Source of the DNA: a virus
Lineage: Duplodnaviria; Caudoviricetes
Virus record (IMG/VR): IMGVR_UViG_3300021400_003144
Strand: one strand, 5' to 3'
Length of the DNA stretch: 64,000 nucleotides
Shown: positions 48,180 through 57,964 of the stretch, piece after piece
How positions within the stretch are numbered: the first letter of the stretch is position 1
How the letters are laid out: each line of letters opens with the position of its first letter
Notes under the pieces: model-generated
Database searches by the model: none
What the model saw: the letters and a program-made list of their open reading frames with translations, nothing else
Told to the model about the DNA's origin: nothing
Made by a program: the position numbers and the translations under genes

Positions 48180-48962
48180 ATGAATGAGCAAGAGTTAATA
48201 AAAGTATTTGAAGATACAAGAAAGGCTTCAATTATAACATTTGGTGATGATACTGAACAGTTAGTTAATAGCACTGAAGTAATTGAAGAGCCTTTAGAAT
48301 TTGAGTGTGAACCTAATAGAGATGATTGTGATATAGAAGTAATAGAGTCTGATACAATTAGTGCTATTATTAAATATAGTAGTCTTGGATACAATGTATG
48401 TGCACTTAATTTTGCAGATGGTATGCAGCCTGGTGGATTAGTTAGATATGGAGCTAGAACTCAAGAAGAATGTCTATGCAGATGTAGTAATTTATATCAA
48501 TCATTAACTAGTGAAGAGTGCTTAAATAAGTATTATAATTACAATAGAAGTATATACAGTTCTAGGGGAATGACATTCTCAGATAGAATTATATATTCAC
48601 CAAGAGTAAATGTGTTTAAAGATGCACAGTACAACATTATAAATTCAGTACATTGTGATATATTAAGTTGTCCTGCACCTGTTAATAAGGGTCAGGAAAA
48701 TTATTATGAGATAGTTGAGAATAGAATAATGGGCATACTAAAAGTAATGTCATATAAATGTAATGATGTTATTATACTCGGTGCTTGGGGTTGCGGAGCT
48801 TATGGTGGTAATCCTACAACAGTAGGAAGTGCTTTTGCTAAAGTATTAAGTGAAATACATAGCTTTAAGAAAGTGATATTTGCAATTCCTGGAAATGGAG
48901 ATAACTTATATAAGTTTAGGGAAGTATTTAAGAAAGTTTTAGATGAAGATTTGAAAGATTAA
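48180..48962 (+). CDS. bacterial-type PARG / TIGR02452 (DUF2263) macro domain
   Basis: LNFA...PGG....GA.TQEE.LCR.S.LY, IYSP.V, ILGAWGCGAYG. Confidence 0.9.
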   Translation: MNEQELIKVFEDTRKASIITFGDDTEQLVNSTEVIEEPLEFECEPNRDDCDIEVIESDTISAIIKYSSLGYNVCALNFADGMQPGGLVRYGARTQEECLCRCSNLYQSLTSEECLNKYYNYNRSIYSSRGMTFSDRIIYSPRVNVFKDAQYNIINSVHCDILSCPAPVNKGQENYYEIVENRIMGILKVMSYKCNDVIILGAWGCGAYGGNPTTVGSAFAKVLSEIHSFKKVIFAIPGNGDNLYKFREVFKKVLDEDLKD

Positions 48963-49020
48963 AAAGACATTTGATAAATTAAAGAGACATTTGGAAAATT
49001 AGAGAGGGGCAGATGATATA

Positions 49021-49974
49021 ATGGAAATAGCTAGAGTATTAGTTGAGGGGGATGCACATCTTTGTTCTAAGAACAGAGGGGCACATAGAGATTATCCTAA
49101 GGAAAGTTTAGATTACTTTAATTATGTAACGGAACTTGCTAAGAATTATGGTTGTACTCATATAGTAAATCTTGGAGACCTTACATATGGAAGATTTGGT
49201 ACATTAGAGTATAGAAAGCTTGTTGATGAGGCTTTTGAGAATAGAAATAAGGCTTGTAATAATAATTTTTATGTACTAAAGGGAAATCATGATTCAGCTA
49301 CATATGGACAGACAGAGTATGAATACTACTTGCAGAAGGGTGTGTTTAAGGGAGCTGAGAATTTAGTTATTGGAAAAGTTAACTTAAATATGATTAACTT
49401 TGGAGAGGAAGCTAATGCAGTTGTAAATATTGATGATGAGCATACAAATATATTGTTAGCTCATGGTTATTACAAGTTTAAAAGTACAGACCTTCCTCCT
49501 TATGGTGAGCCAATTATACTAGATGAGTTTGAAAAGTGGTTTGGACTTAATTATTTAATTTGTGGGCATATTCATAAGGAACATGCTTTTAAGGGTAACA
49601 TAATTAAAGGTGATAGAGCTATTGAGTGTAGTGTACATTATATTCCTTGCTTATCAAGACCTTCATATGAAGGGGATGATACACCTACAGTTGGTTCTGT
49701 TGATATTATAAGAATATTTGATGATACAGAACCTGAGGTTATGAGAGTTGAAGTTCCTTTACTTCCTATTGAACAGAGTTTTAATCTCGAACAGAAAAAA
49801 GCTGAGCAGGAGCATAAAGAGAGGGTATCTGTTGATGTTTCAGATATAGTAAAGGAATTAAGTGAGTTTGAGAGAGTAGCTGGTGAGCCTGATAATGTTA
49901 TTCGTAACATGGAAGAGGTTGATATAAGATATAGAAATAAAGCATTAGAATTGTTAAAGGAAGCTGAGGCATAA
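49021..49974 (+). CDS. SbcD/Mre11-like metallophosphoesterase nuclease
   Basis: GDAH, LGDL, GNHD, LAHG, GHIH motifs. Confidence 0.88.
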   Translation: MEIARVLVEGDAHLCSKNRGAHRDYPKESLDYFNYVTELAKNYGCTHIVNLGDLTYGRFGTLEYRKLVDEAFENRNKACNNNFYVLKGNHDSATYGQTEYEYYLQKGVFKGAENLVIGKVNLNMINFGEEANAVVNIDDEHTNILLAHGYYKFKSTDLPPYGEPIILDEFEKWFGLNYLICGHIHKEHAFKGNIIKGDRAIECSVHYIPCLSRPSYEGDDTPTVGSVDIIRIFDDTEPEVMRVEVPLLPIEQSFNLEQKKAEQEHKERVSVDVSDIVKELSEFERVAGEPDNVIRNMEEVDIRYRNKALELLKEAEA

Positions 49975-49979
49975 AGGTT

Positions 49980-50366
49980 ATGGCATATCATAAAACAGTT
50001 AAAGGTCAGTATAACAATCAGATAAAGGTTATGGCTATATTGCTATTAGGGTTAATGCTAATTGCTTTATATTGGATTAACTTTGGCAAAGAAAATTATG
50101 TTAAGACAGAGTTAGTTGAAGTCACTATACAGACAATTGATGTTGAAAAGGCTACAGGTTATGTAGAGAAGTGGGGAGAAAGAGAAGGTGTTACAGTAGA
50201 TTTAGCTGGTGGTGACTTAATGTATTCGCCAGCTAAGCTGAAGTTCAGAGAAGGTGCTAGGATAAAGGTCTATAAGAGTAGTAAAGGATACACTTTATAT
50301 GAACCTAACACTAGAAAATATGATGAAAAGTATTATAGTAGTAATTTAGATTCATTAGGTAAATAA
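49980..50366 (+). CDS. membrane-anchored hypothetical protein
   Basis: Single TM. Confidence 0.7.
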   Translation: MAYHKTVKGQYNNQIKVMAILLLGLMLIALYWINFGKENYVKTELVEVTIQTIDVEKATGYVEKWGEREGVTVDLAGGDLMYSPAKLKFREGARIKVYKSSKGYTLYEPNTRKYDEKYYSSNLDSLGK

Positions 50367-50428
50367 TTGATGCTTTAATATAGTAGTTGATATATTAATT
50401 AAAATTTTATTTTGAAAGGTGTTTAAAT

Positions 50429-51013
50429 ATGATTGACGTTGAGAGAATTAAAAAGTTCAATGCAGGTTATAAAGAGGCTCAGCAAAAAGCAGCTACTATC
50501 AAGGCTGAACTTGATATGAATAATAGAGAAATAGATAGACTTTGTGCAGAGCTTAGTAATGATTTAGGAGTTTCAGTTACAAGAGAAAATGTAGCAGAGA
50601 TTTATAAGTCAAATGTTGATGAGATTAATAAGAAGCTTGAGCTTGGTGAGAGTATTCTTAATAGAATTAATAATGAGACACAAGGTGTTGCAGTAGGACA
50701 GCAGGTTGGAAATGTTGGAGTGCAGCAGGTAAGTGGTGTAGGACAACAAATCGGAGCACAACAGGTTGGAGTACAGCAGGTTGGAAATGTAGGCAAGGCA
50801 GGAATGAATATGATGCCTAATATGGGAATGGGTCAGCAGATGGGAAATGTTGGTCAAGTTGGAAATGGTGTTGGACAGCAGGTTGGAAATCAGGTTGGAC
50901 AGCAAGTAGGAAATGTAGGGATGAGTCAGGCACCAGTACAAAATGGTAATGCTGTTCCTGATAGTGTATTTGGTACTGGACTTGGAGCTATGAATATGTT
51001 TGATAGCATTTAA
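50429..51013 (+). CDS. short coiled-coil protein with QQVG/GN low-complexity tail
   Basis: About 80-aa helical N-terminus, then G/Q/V/N/M-rich repeats. Confidence 0.75.
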   Translation: MIDVERIKKFNAGYKEAQQKAATIKAELDMNNREIDRLCAELSNDLGVSVTRENVAEIYKSNVDEINKKLELGESILNRINNETQGVAVGQQVGNVGVQQVSGVGQQIGAQQVGVQQVGNVGKAGMNMMPNMGMGQQMGNVGQVGNGVGQQVGNQVGQQVGNVGMSQAPVQNGNAVPDSVFGTGLGAMNMFDSI

Positions 51014-51068
51014 GTATTATTAGAAAATAATAAAAGTATAGATTTTAAATTTAAAGGAGCTTGATAAA

Positions 51069-52424
51069 ATGAAAATAAGATTTGATGAGTTTAAGAGTGC
51101 ATTTGAAATGGCTGTTAGTTTCAGTAGTAATACACCTATTGGTGTAATGCTTGCTCAGAGAGATGGTAAGACAGCACTTGTTTATGCTGATAACAGACAG
51201 GCATTCTATAAAGAGATTGAGGCAGATGCTTCTGATGAAGAAAAGGCTCTTGGAGATATTATTTTTGACTACAAGTATTTAACAGATGCTATTAGTAAGG
51301 TAACTACTTCAGGTCAGGTTAGAGTAGATGATATTGAGTTTGATTTTAGTAACATTGAGAATAGACTTGTTACAGTTAAGGCTGATAAGTATATTATTCT
51401 TTCAGATGGTGAGAATAATTACAAGCAGACAACAACTCATATTGAGTCAAAGGTTAGAGGTTTTCAGTCATCTGACCCTGATGCAGGTAATAAGTATAAG
51501 ACAACTGCTAGATTTGATTATGGCAAGTACATGTTTACTTATGACACCTATGATACATGGGATGCTAAGGCATTAAGTAATGTACTTAAGAGAATTGGAA
51601 GTGGTGAAGATAGTAGAGGTTGTTATCTTCTTAAGAAAGATAAGGCAGGCTTCATTGTAAATAGAAGTTCAGTATTCTATACAAAGATACCTGAGTATCT
51701 TGATAAGGTAAGCATTTCAATTACTTGTAAGACAGCTAAGAGTGTAGTAAATATTCTTAACAAGATTGGAATTGACCTTGTTAATGTATTTAATATCATA
51801 AGTACAGAGCAGAGTTTCTGTTCTATTGTAGATCAGGATCATACATTTGGTTTATGGTTTGCAATGGCTGATTATAGTAAGCAGCAGACAGCTGAGTTAG
51901 TTCAGTATAAGAGAACAACAGAAGATGTAAATGTTGAAAGAAAATATGATGATGTATCAATTCTTTTAAATAAGGATGCTATCATTGACCTTATTAAGTC
52001 ATACAAGGTTAATAATAAGAAAGATACAACTACAATAAAGTTTGACTTTAATGATAGTGAGATTAATTCAACTACTAAGAAGCTTGTAGATAATGATGAT
52101 GGTTCAGTAAGTGAAGAGGATATTGCATCTCAGGCAAGTGTAGCAATCATTATTGGTGATAGCAATACTGATAAGGTTAAGTATTTTGCTCCAGCTAGAA
52201 GAAAAGATGCTGAGGGAGATTCAGATTTGACATTGGTAATGTCATTCCCAGTTTGGGAAGAGATTTTAGGAGTCTGCGAGTCAAGTAATGTAAGACTTGG
52301 AGTTTGTAAGGTTAATGATACAGTTAATTATCTGAGGTTTGATGACCTTAGCTCAGAACTTGGTGATGATGGCAAGCCACTTGTTACTACAGAGCTTTAT
52401 ACAGTTGCTACTAACAGAGAGTAA
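51069..52424 (+). CDS. possible sliding-clamp (beta-clamp-like) protein
   Basis: Acidic, repeating helix-strand pattern, replication-gene context; no diagnostic motif. Confidence 0.4.
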   Translation: MKIRFDEFKSAFEMAVSFSSNTPIGVMLAQRDGKTALVYADNRQAFYKEIEADASDEEKALGDIIFDYKYLTDAISKVTTSGQVRVDDIEFDFSNIENRLVTVKADKYIILSDGENNYKQTTTHIESKVRGFQSSDPDAGNKYKTTARFDYGKYMFTYDTYDTWDAKALSNVLKRIGSGEDSRGCYLLKKDKAGFIVNRSSVFYTKIPEYLDKVSISITCKTAKSVVNILNKIGIDLVNVFNIISTEQSFCSIVDQDHTFGLWFAMADYSKQQTAELVQYKRTTEDVNVERKYDDVSILLNKDAIIDLIKSYKVNNKKDTTTIKFDFNDSEINSTTKKLVDNDDGSVSEEDIASQASVAIIIGDSNTDKVKYFAPARRKDAEGDSDLTLVMSFPVWEEILGVCESSNVRLGVCKVNDTVNYLRFDDLSSELGDDGKPLVTTELYTVATNRE

Positions 52425-52435
52425 AAGAGAAAGAA

Positions 52436-53128
52436 ATGATTTTAGATAGAGCAAAAAGATTTATAGAGTCTGTTGATAAACTTGAGGTTGCTCAGCAGAC
52501 TCAAGTTGCTCAGAAAGAGCAATTAGAGAAGCAAATAGAAGTATATAATGAGGACTTAAGAAAGAAATCTATTGAGCTTGATGAAGTTACAAATGCTGTT
52601 AACTTGTTAAGAATAGTATCTGATGATGTGGTAAAGACAAATTACAAGTTTATTGAGCAGGAAGTAAATGCTACATTAGCTAAGATATTTGAGAAGTCAG
52701 AGAGAAAGATAATTCTAAAAGAGTCAACTTTTAGAGGTCAATATCCTCAGTTAGAGATTGAGTTACATGTAGAAAATGGTACTGTAATCAGTCTTGAAGA
52801 AAGTGGGCATGGACTTGAGCAGATAGTAAGTTTATTATGTACCTTATGTTTAATAATGATTACAGGTGGAAGAAGATTGTTAATCATTGATGAGGTATTA
52901 AGCGGACTAAGTGCTAAGAGTAGAATGGCAATCTGTGAAGTATTAAATCAATTTACAGCAGTTGGATTTCAATTTGTAGTATGTGAGCATGGTTTGATAC
53001 CTAAGGGTTCAAATGTAATTCATCTTGGTGTTGAAAATGGCGTTTCAAGTATTAAGGATGAATATATTGCAGAAGAGGGTACATATCTTGATAATAAGAT
53101 ACTTGAAAATCAGGTAAATGTAGAGTAA
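52436..53128 (+). CDS. SbcC/Rad50-like ATPase, C-terminal half
   Basis: Coiled coil, signature-like ESGHG, Walker B LLIIDE, D-loop-like LSGLS, H-loop CEH; no Walker A. Confidence 0.85.
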   Translation: MILDRAKRFIESVDKLEVAQQTQVAQKEQLEKQIEVYNEDLRKKSIELDEVTNAVNLLRIVSDDVVKTNYKFIEQEVNATLAKIFEKSERKIILKESTFRGQYPQLEIELHVENGTVISLEESGHGLEQIVSLLCTLCLIMITGGRRLLIIDEVLSGLSAKSRMAICEVLNQFTAVGFQFVVCEHGLIPKGSNVIHLGVENGVSSIKDEYIAEEGTYLDNKILENQVNVE

Positions 53129-53136
53129 CTAGTAAG

Positions 53137-53185
53137 AAAAATAGTTGGGCAGTTCAGTAACATGGGCTTGACCAACTATTTTTTT
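53137..53185 (+). terminator. intrinsic terminator
   Basis: AAAAATAGTTGG / CCAACTATTTTT. Confidence 0.8.
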
Positions 53186-53250
53186 GTAACAAAAAATAAG
53201 CTATTTGATGTTAAGCTTATATAATTTGAAAAGGAGTTTATATTGTTGAT

Positions 53251-54468
53251 ATGAGTGAAATAAGTTCAATTAATCTTAGAGATAGAATTAAATCAGCCTG
53301 TCATTATCCTAATGCTTTAGGACAAATGTGTTATCCTTTATATAAAAGAGCTACATCTACAGTGAGTGGTGGTGAGGCTGATGAAGCTGAATATGGTACA
53401 TTAGCTAGAGCAAATTCTGACCCTGAATGGGCGGCTAAAGTTGTAAATAATTATGGTTCTCCTAGAAATATAAAGAGAATTTTTATTGGAGTTAATAGAG
53501 CTATAGTACATTTTTGGGTACCTATAGTTAAGAATGGTAATAAATCAGATGGTCTTATAGCTAAGATTAATTTCAATACAAATAAGATAGAAGATTCTGA
53601 GTTGTTTCCTATACTAGAAAAAGGGGAAAGTGATAAGCATAAGGTATCTAATAGTAGAATTGGTATAGGTACAATTAAAGAGTGGGCTTTATCAAATGTA
53701 GAGGAAATATACTTCGATTGGACAGCTTTAGCTAGCAAGAATATGAATGTAGTATACGGGCCTGGAGAAAAGGCAGTTGGTGGAAATGGTATGACTGCTA
53801 AAGGTATAGTTAGTATGGTTTATGGCAAGCATTTACAAATGGAGGATAATGCTCAATTTAAAACATTTGTATCTAATATTATTGTTAAGAACAGGTCATT
53901 AGAAGTTGAGTATCCTAGATTAAAGAGAGTGATGATGATAGAAAATTTGGACAGTTTGTTAGATTCTACAGCATACACTGGTAAAGGTGAGGATACAGTA
54001 GATAAGATGGCTGCTGACTGGTTGGATGCCTTGGATTTAAAGAGTAGTGGCTTAGGATACATTGGATTTAAGGGTAGTAACTATCATAAATTAAGTGGAA
54101 AGTTTAGATGTACAAGTAATACATATGAGTTAGATAGATTATATCTGATAGATAAGTTCAGAGACTTATCAAGGGATATAAATAGGTTTGAGGAATCTAA
54201 TAAGGCATCTAGATTAGATAAAAATGCTGAAGTAAGTAATGAAGGTACAACTAAGAATGAATTAGATATATACTTGAATAAATTATATGATAAAGTGTTG
54301 AGTTTATCTGATAAGCAGAGTGCTAATAGGTATATTGCTGATACGGTTGGAGTATTAGCTAATCTTAATAAGGAGTATGTATTAAGTAGTGTAGCTGGAT
54401 TTGGTAATGATACACTGAGTAAGATGGGTGGACCTATACAGAAAGTATTAGAGAGTATTGGAGAATAA
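53251..54468 (+). CDS. hypothetical protein
   Basis: 405-aa ORF; AAGGAG RBS; overlaps ATPase gene. Confidence 0.8.
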   Translation: MSEISSINLRDRIKSACHYPNALGQMCYPLYKRATSTVSGGEADEAEYGTLARANSDPEWAAKVVNNYGSPRNIKRIFIGVNRAIVHFWVPIVKNGNKSDGLIAKINFNTNKIEDSELFPILEKGESDKHKVSNSRIGIGTIKEWALSNVEEIYFDWTALASKNMNVVYGPGEKAVGGNGMTAKGIVSMVYGKHLQMEDNAQFKTFVSNIIVKNRSLEVEYPRLKRVMMIENLDSLLDSTAYTGKGEDTVDKMAADWLDALDLKSSGLGYIGFKGSNYHKLSGKFRCTSNTYELDRLYLIDKFRDLSRDINRFEESNKASRLDKNAEVSNEGTTKNELDIYLNKLYDKVLSLSDKQSANRYIADTVGVLANLNKEYVLSSVAGFGNDTLSKMGGPIQKVLESIGE

Positions 54469-57400
54469 AGAGGCAATTAGTATTATGAATAATGATTTGA
54501 ATATACAGTTATTTAAAGATTGGGCTTATAATGTTATAGATGATAATAAGAGTAATGTAATAGCTGGATTAGTTAGTATGTTAGCTTATGCGGCTGTAGG
54601 TAATAGCTCAAGTGATGAAAATGTAAATAAGTTTATTGAGATTACACATGATGAATTTAAAGTTTTACAGTGTGAAGAATTAAGATATGCTCTTAGTAAT
54701 ATGTTGAGTAACAGTGTATTAGGAAAAGGGTATAATGAAATATTTAAAAAGATTTATGGTTCATCATACAGTCAGAATTTATTTGAGGGTATTGAAAGTA
54801 ATATAAGTAGTATCACTGGAAGTAATTCATCATCTGGAATAAATTTTGAAGTAGCAGAGAATTTAGTAAATAGTTTCAATAGTAAGATAGAAGAGTTTAA
54901 GAAGAGTGCAGAAAGTGAAAATAAGGATGAGACTCTGGAAGAGCAGGCTCAACGTGAGGAAGAAGATTTCATAGCTCAGATGGAAAAAGATAATAATTTT
55001 GGCACTGAAGCAGGTGAGGGTGATGATGAAGATTGTCCTGACCCTGATGATGTTAAGCCTGGAACTGGTGATGATTATGATGGTGACGGTGATAATGATG
55101 GTGAACCAGATAGCAAACCTGCAAGTGAACCTGCAAGTGAACCTGCAAGTGAACCAGAGCAGAAAGAAGAGGCTAATGGGAATGAAGAAAGTGAGCATAC
55201 AGATAATAAAGAGTCAGATAAGTTAAGTGATGAGGAAAGAGAAAAGATTAAGGCTGATATAAAGAAAGTATTTGGTGGTAATATTGACAGTGTTAAAAAG
55301 AGTATTAAATCAAAGTTAAGTTCTTTATACAGAGTAGGTTTTGAAGGACTTGGTACTGGTGGAGTTTATGTAAATGTGGGAAATAAGAACTCTTCTCCTA
55401 TTGTATATATAGGTACATCAGGAACTGATACTCAGTACACTATAAGAAGAAAGAATGATGAGGGTACATATTATGACATAAAGGTGTTTGATGCTTTAAG
55501 TAAGATTGTACCTGATGTATGCAGTTGTTATAGTGGAGATTTTATACCAAGCTATAGGGAATTTATTGAGGGCGCAGCAGATCAAGTATGGTTTAAATTA
55601 CAGCTGGCTTTCCAATCAGCTAATATACAATATTGTACAGGTGATATTTCCATAAGACATTGGATTACTACTACACAGCTTAAAAATGAGAGTAATGTTG
55701 ATGAGTGGCTAGAGAAGAATAACAGCGGTGGAAAAACTAAATTACATAAATTTAGTGATGTAGTCAAGTGGTATGATTGGTGTATAGATAAAATTATATA
55801 TAACTATTTAATAGAGGCTGGTGTACGAGGATTTGAACAGTCAGAATTATTAGATGGTATAATGCAAAAGTTATTTAATGCACTTACTAGAGTTGCATTA
55901 TCAACGCTAAGAAGTTTTAAGAATATAGAAGGACAGCCAGTTCTAATTAAGGAAGAGATGAGTATATCTTCCTTAGGAGCAAATAGTGAGTCTTTAAAGG
56001 ATAAGCTAAGTCAATCCCTTAATTTAGCAGGGTCAGATACTATTGGTGTAGAAGCTATTAATGATAACAATGTATGTAAGATTAAGATTATATACAATAA
56101 GGAAGAAGCTAATAAGAATGTATTATTTGCAGGTGATATCATTGATGATATTATAAAGTCTGGTAATGCACCTTCATGGAATCACGCATTGTTAGGTCAG
56201 AAGCCTAATGGGGAGTTGTTTTTCTGGGATAGGTTTATGGGTGCACCTGGTTCTGAAGCAGTAAGCGATTTTGCATATGCATTATATGCTGGTTCAGGTT
56301 CTGGTAAGGGTATTATGACATCAACTATAGTAGCAAGTGCATTATGTGGTGGACTTAATATCTTTTATACTGATGGTAAACCTGAGAATGGTGCAGCTTT
56401 AGGAAGAATAGCTTGGAAAAATGGGAAGGAAGCATATGTATTTGATGGTAAATCAAATGGTGCAGTTCCATTTGATGGAGAAATGGAGAGATTCTCTAAT
56501 GGAGTAAGGCATGACCATACATTTGAAGGTGGCAATGAAATTTATAGTTATGTAGATTCATTACCTAATGCATTATTTGAGGGTAAAAAGGGAAGTTCCA
56601 ATATATTTTCAAATAAAGCTCAGATGAATTTCTTAGGATACATGAGGTATGTTAAATCTTTGAGATTATATCTTAAATTAGTTCTTGATAGAGCTGAGGG
56701 TAGGTTAAAGGCAGATGATTGGCAGTTATGGATATTTGATGAAATGACATCAATGGCTGTAATTGAATCTGATATACGTAAGAATTTCCTTAAGTATATA
56801 TTAAGTAAGGGAGTAACTAAGGTTACTCAGTCTAAAACTAAAATGTTCTTATCACTATCATCTACAGATAAAAAGACTCAGGAGTTAGTGAACTCTGGAG
56901 ATGAGGGTATCCTTTTTATAAATGAGTGGTGTGAATTTATGGAGAAGTTAGCTGCAGACACCTTAGATGTGTTGAAGATACACCTAAGAAAATCTAAGAC
57001 TAACGTATTATTTATATTCCAAAACGCATCTTGGCTGAACTCTGATGAGAGTACTAAAGATACATCATTGGCTTGTATAGCTAGAAATTTTGGAGAGAGT
57101 TGTTTAAAGATTATTGGTAAGGATGGATTAGCAGACAATCAAAAACATTTTGGTACAGCTGATACCAGAAAAAAGGAATGGTACAGTACAAATGTGCAGC
57201 AGAATAAATGTTTTGCTATATCAAATACAGCAGATTTAAGAACTGATAGCACAGCATTTCCTTTTAAACCTTATAATTTGTTTACTATTAAGATTGATAG
57301 TGAGAAAAAGATTACAGAACAGCCTGCTCCTAATGATGATGATTATACTAAGTATATAGATGGATACTGCACTAAGTTGTTAAATGCATTTGGTAAGGAT

Positions 57401-57928
57401 CCTAGTGAAATATTAAATAATGCCTATGAATATGCTAATTATGCAGTACAAACACTTGGTTGGGCATCTAATATAAAAGAGTATATTTATGATGGAAGTA
57501 AGTTTATATCTTCTAATGAGAATAATAGTCTTTCAAATCTTAAAGGCAGAACAATATTTGAAGCTCAGAGAAATGATGAAGATGATGAGTCATCTGAGGG
57601 TAATGGAGCAAGTAATGAAAGTTTTAATGGTATAGCTGATATACCATTAAGTGGTGATGATACATATAGTGGTAGTAGTGATGAAGCAAGTGGGAATAGC
57701 GATGGAGCATCTGTAAGAGGTAGAGGATTATCAGTAGCAGAACAAATAAAAAGTAGATTTAATATAGGTGGAAATAGTAAAAGCAATGAGAGTAGAGCTA
57801 TTAATTACAATGCTCTAGCTCTTAGAATAGTGCATGGGCTTGAGGAAAGATTTCATTATAAGTTGAATGATTCTCAGATGAGAGGGTTTCTACCTTTAGT
57901 AATTCAGTACATAAAGGATAACTATTAA
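54458..57928 (+). CDS. large FtsK/HerA/VirB4-superfamily P-loop ATPase
   Basis: YAGSGSGKG Walker A, FYTDGK, WIFDE Walker B, LFIFQ sensor; acidic linker. Confidence 0.7.
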   Translation: MENKEAISIMNNDLNIQLFKDWAYNVIDDNKSNVIAGLVSMLAYAAVGNSSSDENVNKFIEITHDEFKVLQCEELRYALSNMLSNSVLGKGYNEIFKKIYGSSYSQNLFEGIESNISSITGSNSSSGINFEVAENLVNSFNSKIEEFKKSAESENKDETLEEQAQREEEDFIAQMEKDNNFGTEAGEGDDEDCPDPDDVKPGTGDDYDGDGDNDGEPDSKPASEPASEPASEPEQKEEANGNEESEHTDNKESDKLSDEEREKIKADIKKVFGGNIDSVKKSIKSKLSSLYRVGFEGLGTGGVYVNVGNKNSSPIVYIGTSGTDTQYTIRRKNDEGTYYDIKVFDALSKIVPDVCSCYSGDFIPSYREFIEGAADQVWFKLQLAFQSANIQYCTGDISIRHWITTTQLKNESNVDEWLEKNNSGGKTKLHKFSDVVKWYDWCIDKIIYNYLIEAGVRGFEQSELLDGIMQKLFNALTRVALSTLRSFKNIEGQPVLIKEEMSISSLGANSESLKDKLSQSLNLAGSDTIGVEAINDNNVCKIKIIYNKEEANKNVLFAGDIIDDIIKSGNAPSWNHALLGQKPNGELFFWDRFMGAPGSEAVSDFAYALYAGSGSGKGIMTSTIVASALCGGLNIFYTDGKPENGAALGRIAWKNGKEAYVFDGKSNGAVPFDGEMERFSNGVRHDHTFEGGNEIYSYVDSLPNALFEGKKGSSNIFSNKAQMNFLGYMRYVKSLRLYLKLVLDRAEGRLKADDWQLWIFDEMTSMAVIESDIRKNFLKYILSKGVTKVTQSKTKMFLSLSSTDKKTQELVNSGDEGILFINEWCEFMEKLAADTLDVLKIHLRKSKTNVLFIFQNASWLNSDESTKDTSLACIARNFGESCLKIIGKDGLADNQKHFGTADTRKKEWYSTNVQQNKCFAISNTADLRTDSTAFPFKPYNLFTIKIDSEKKITEQPAPNDDDYTKYIDGYCTKLLNAFGKDPSEILNNAYEYANYAVQTLGWASNIKEYIYDGSKFISSNENNSLSNLKGRTIFEAQRNDEDDESSEGNGASNESFNGIADIPLSGDDTYSGSSDEASGNSDGASVRGRGLSVAEQIKSRFNIGGNSKSNESRAINYNALALRIVHGLEERFHYKLNDSQMRGFLPLVIQYIKDNY
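55118..55153 (+). repeat. 3x 12-bp coding repeat CCTGCAAGTGAA (PASE)
   Basis: Perfect tandem repeat. Confidence 0.9.
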
Positions 57929-57964
57929 GCAATCAGAAGTTAATTTAGAGCTGTGAGGTAAAAG

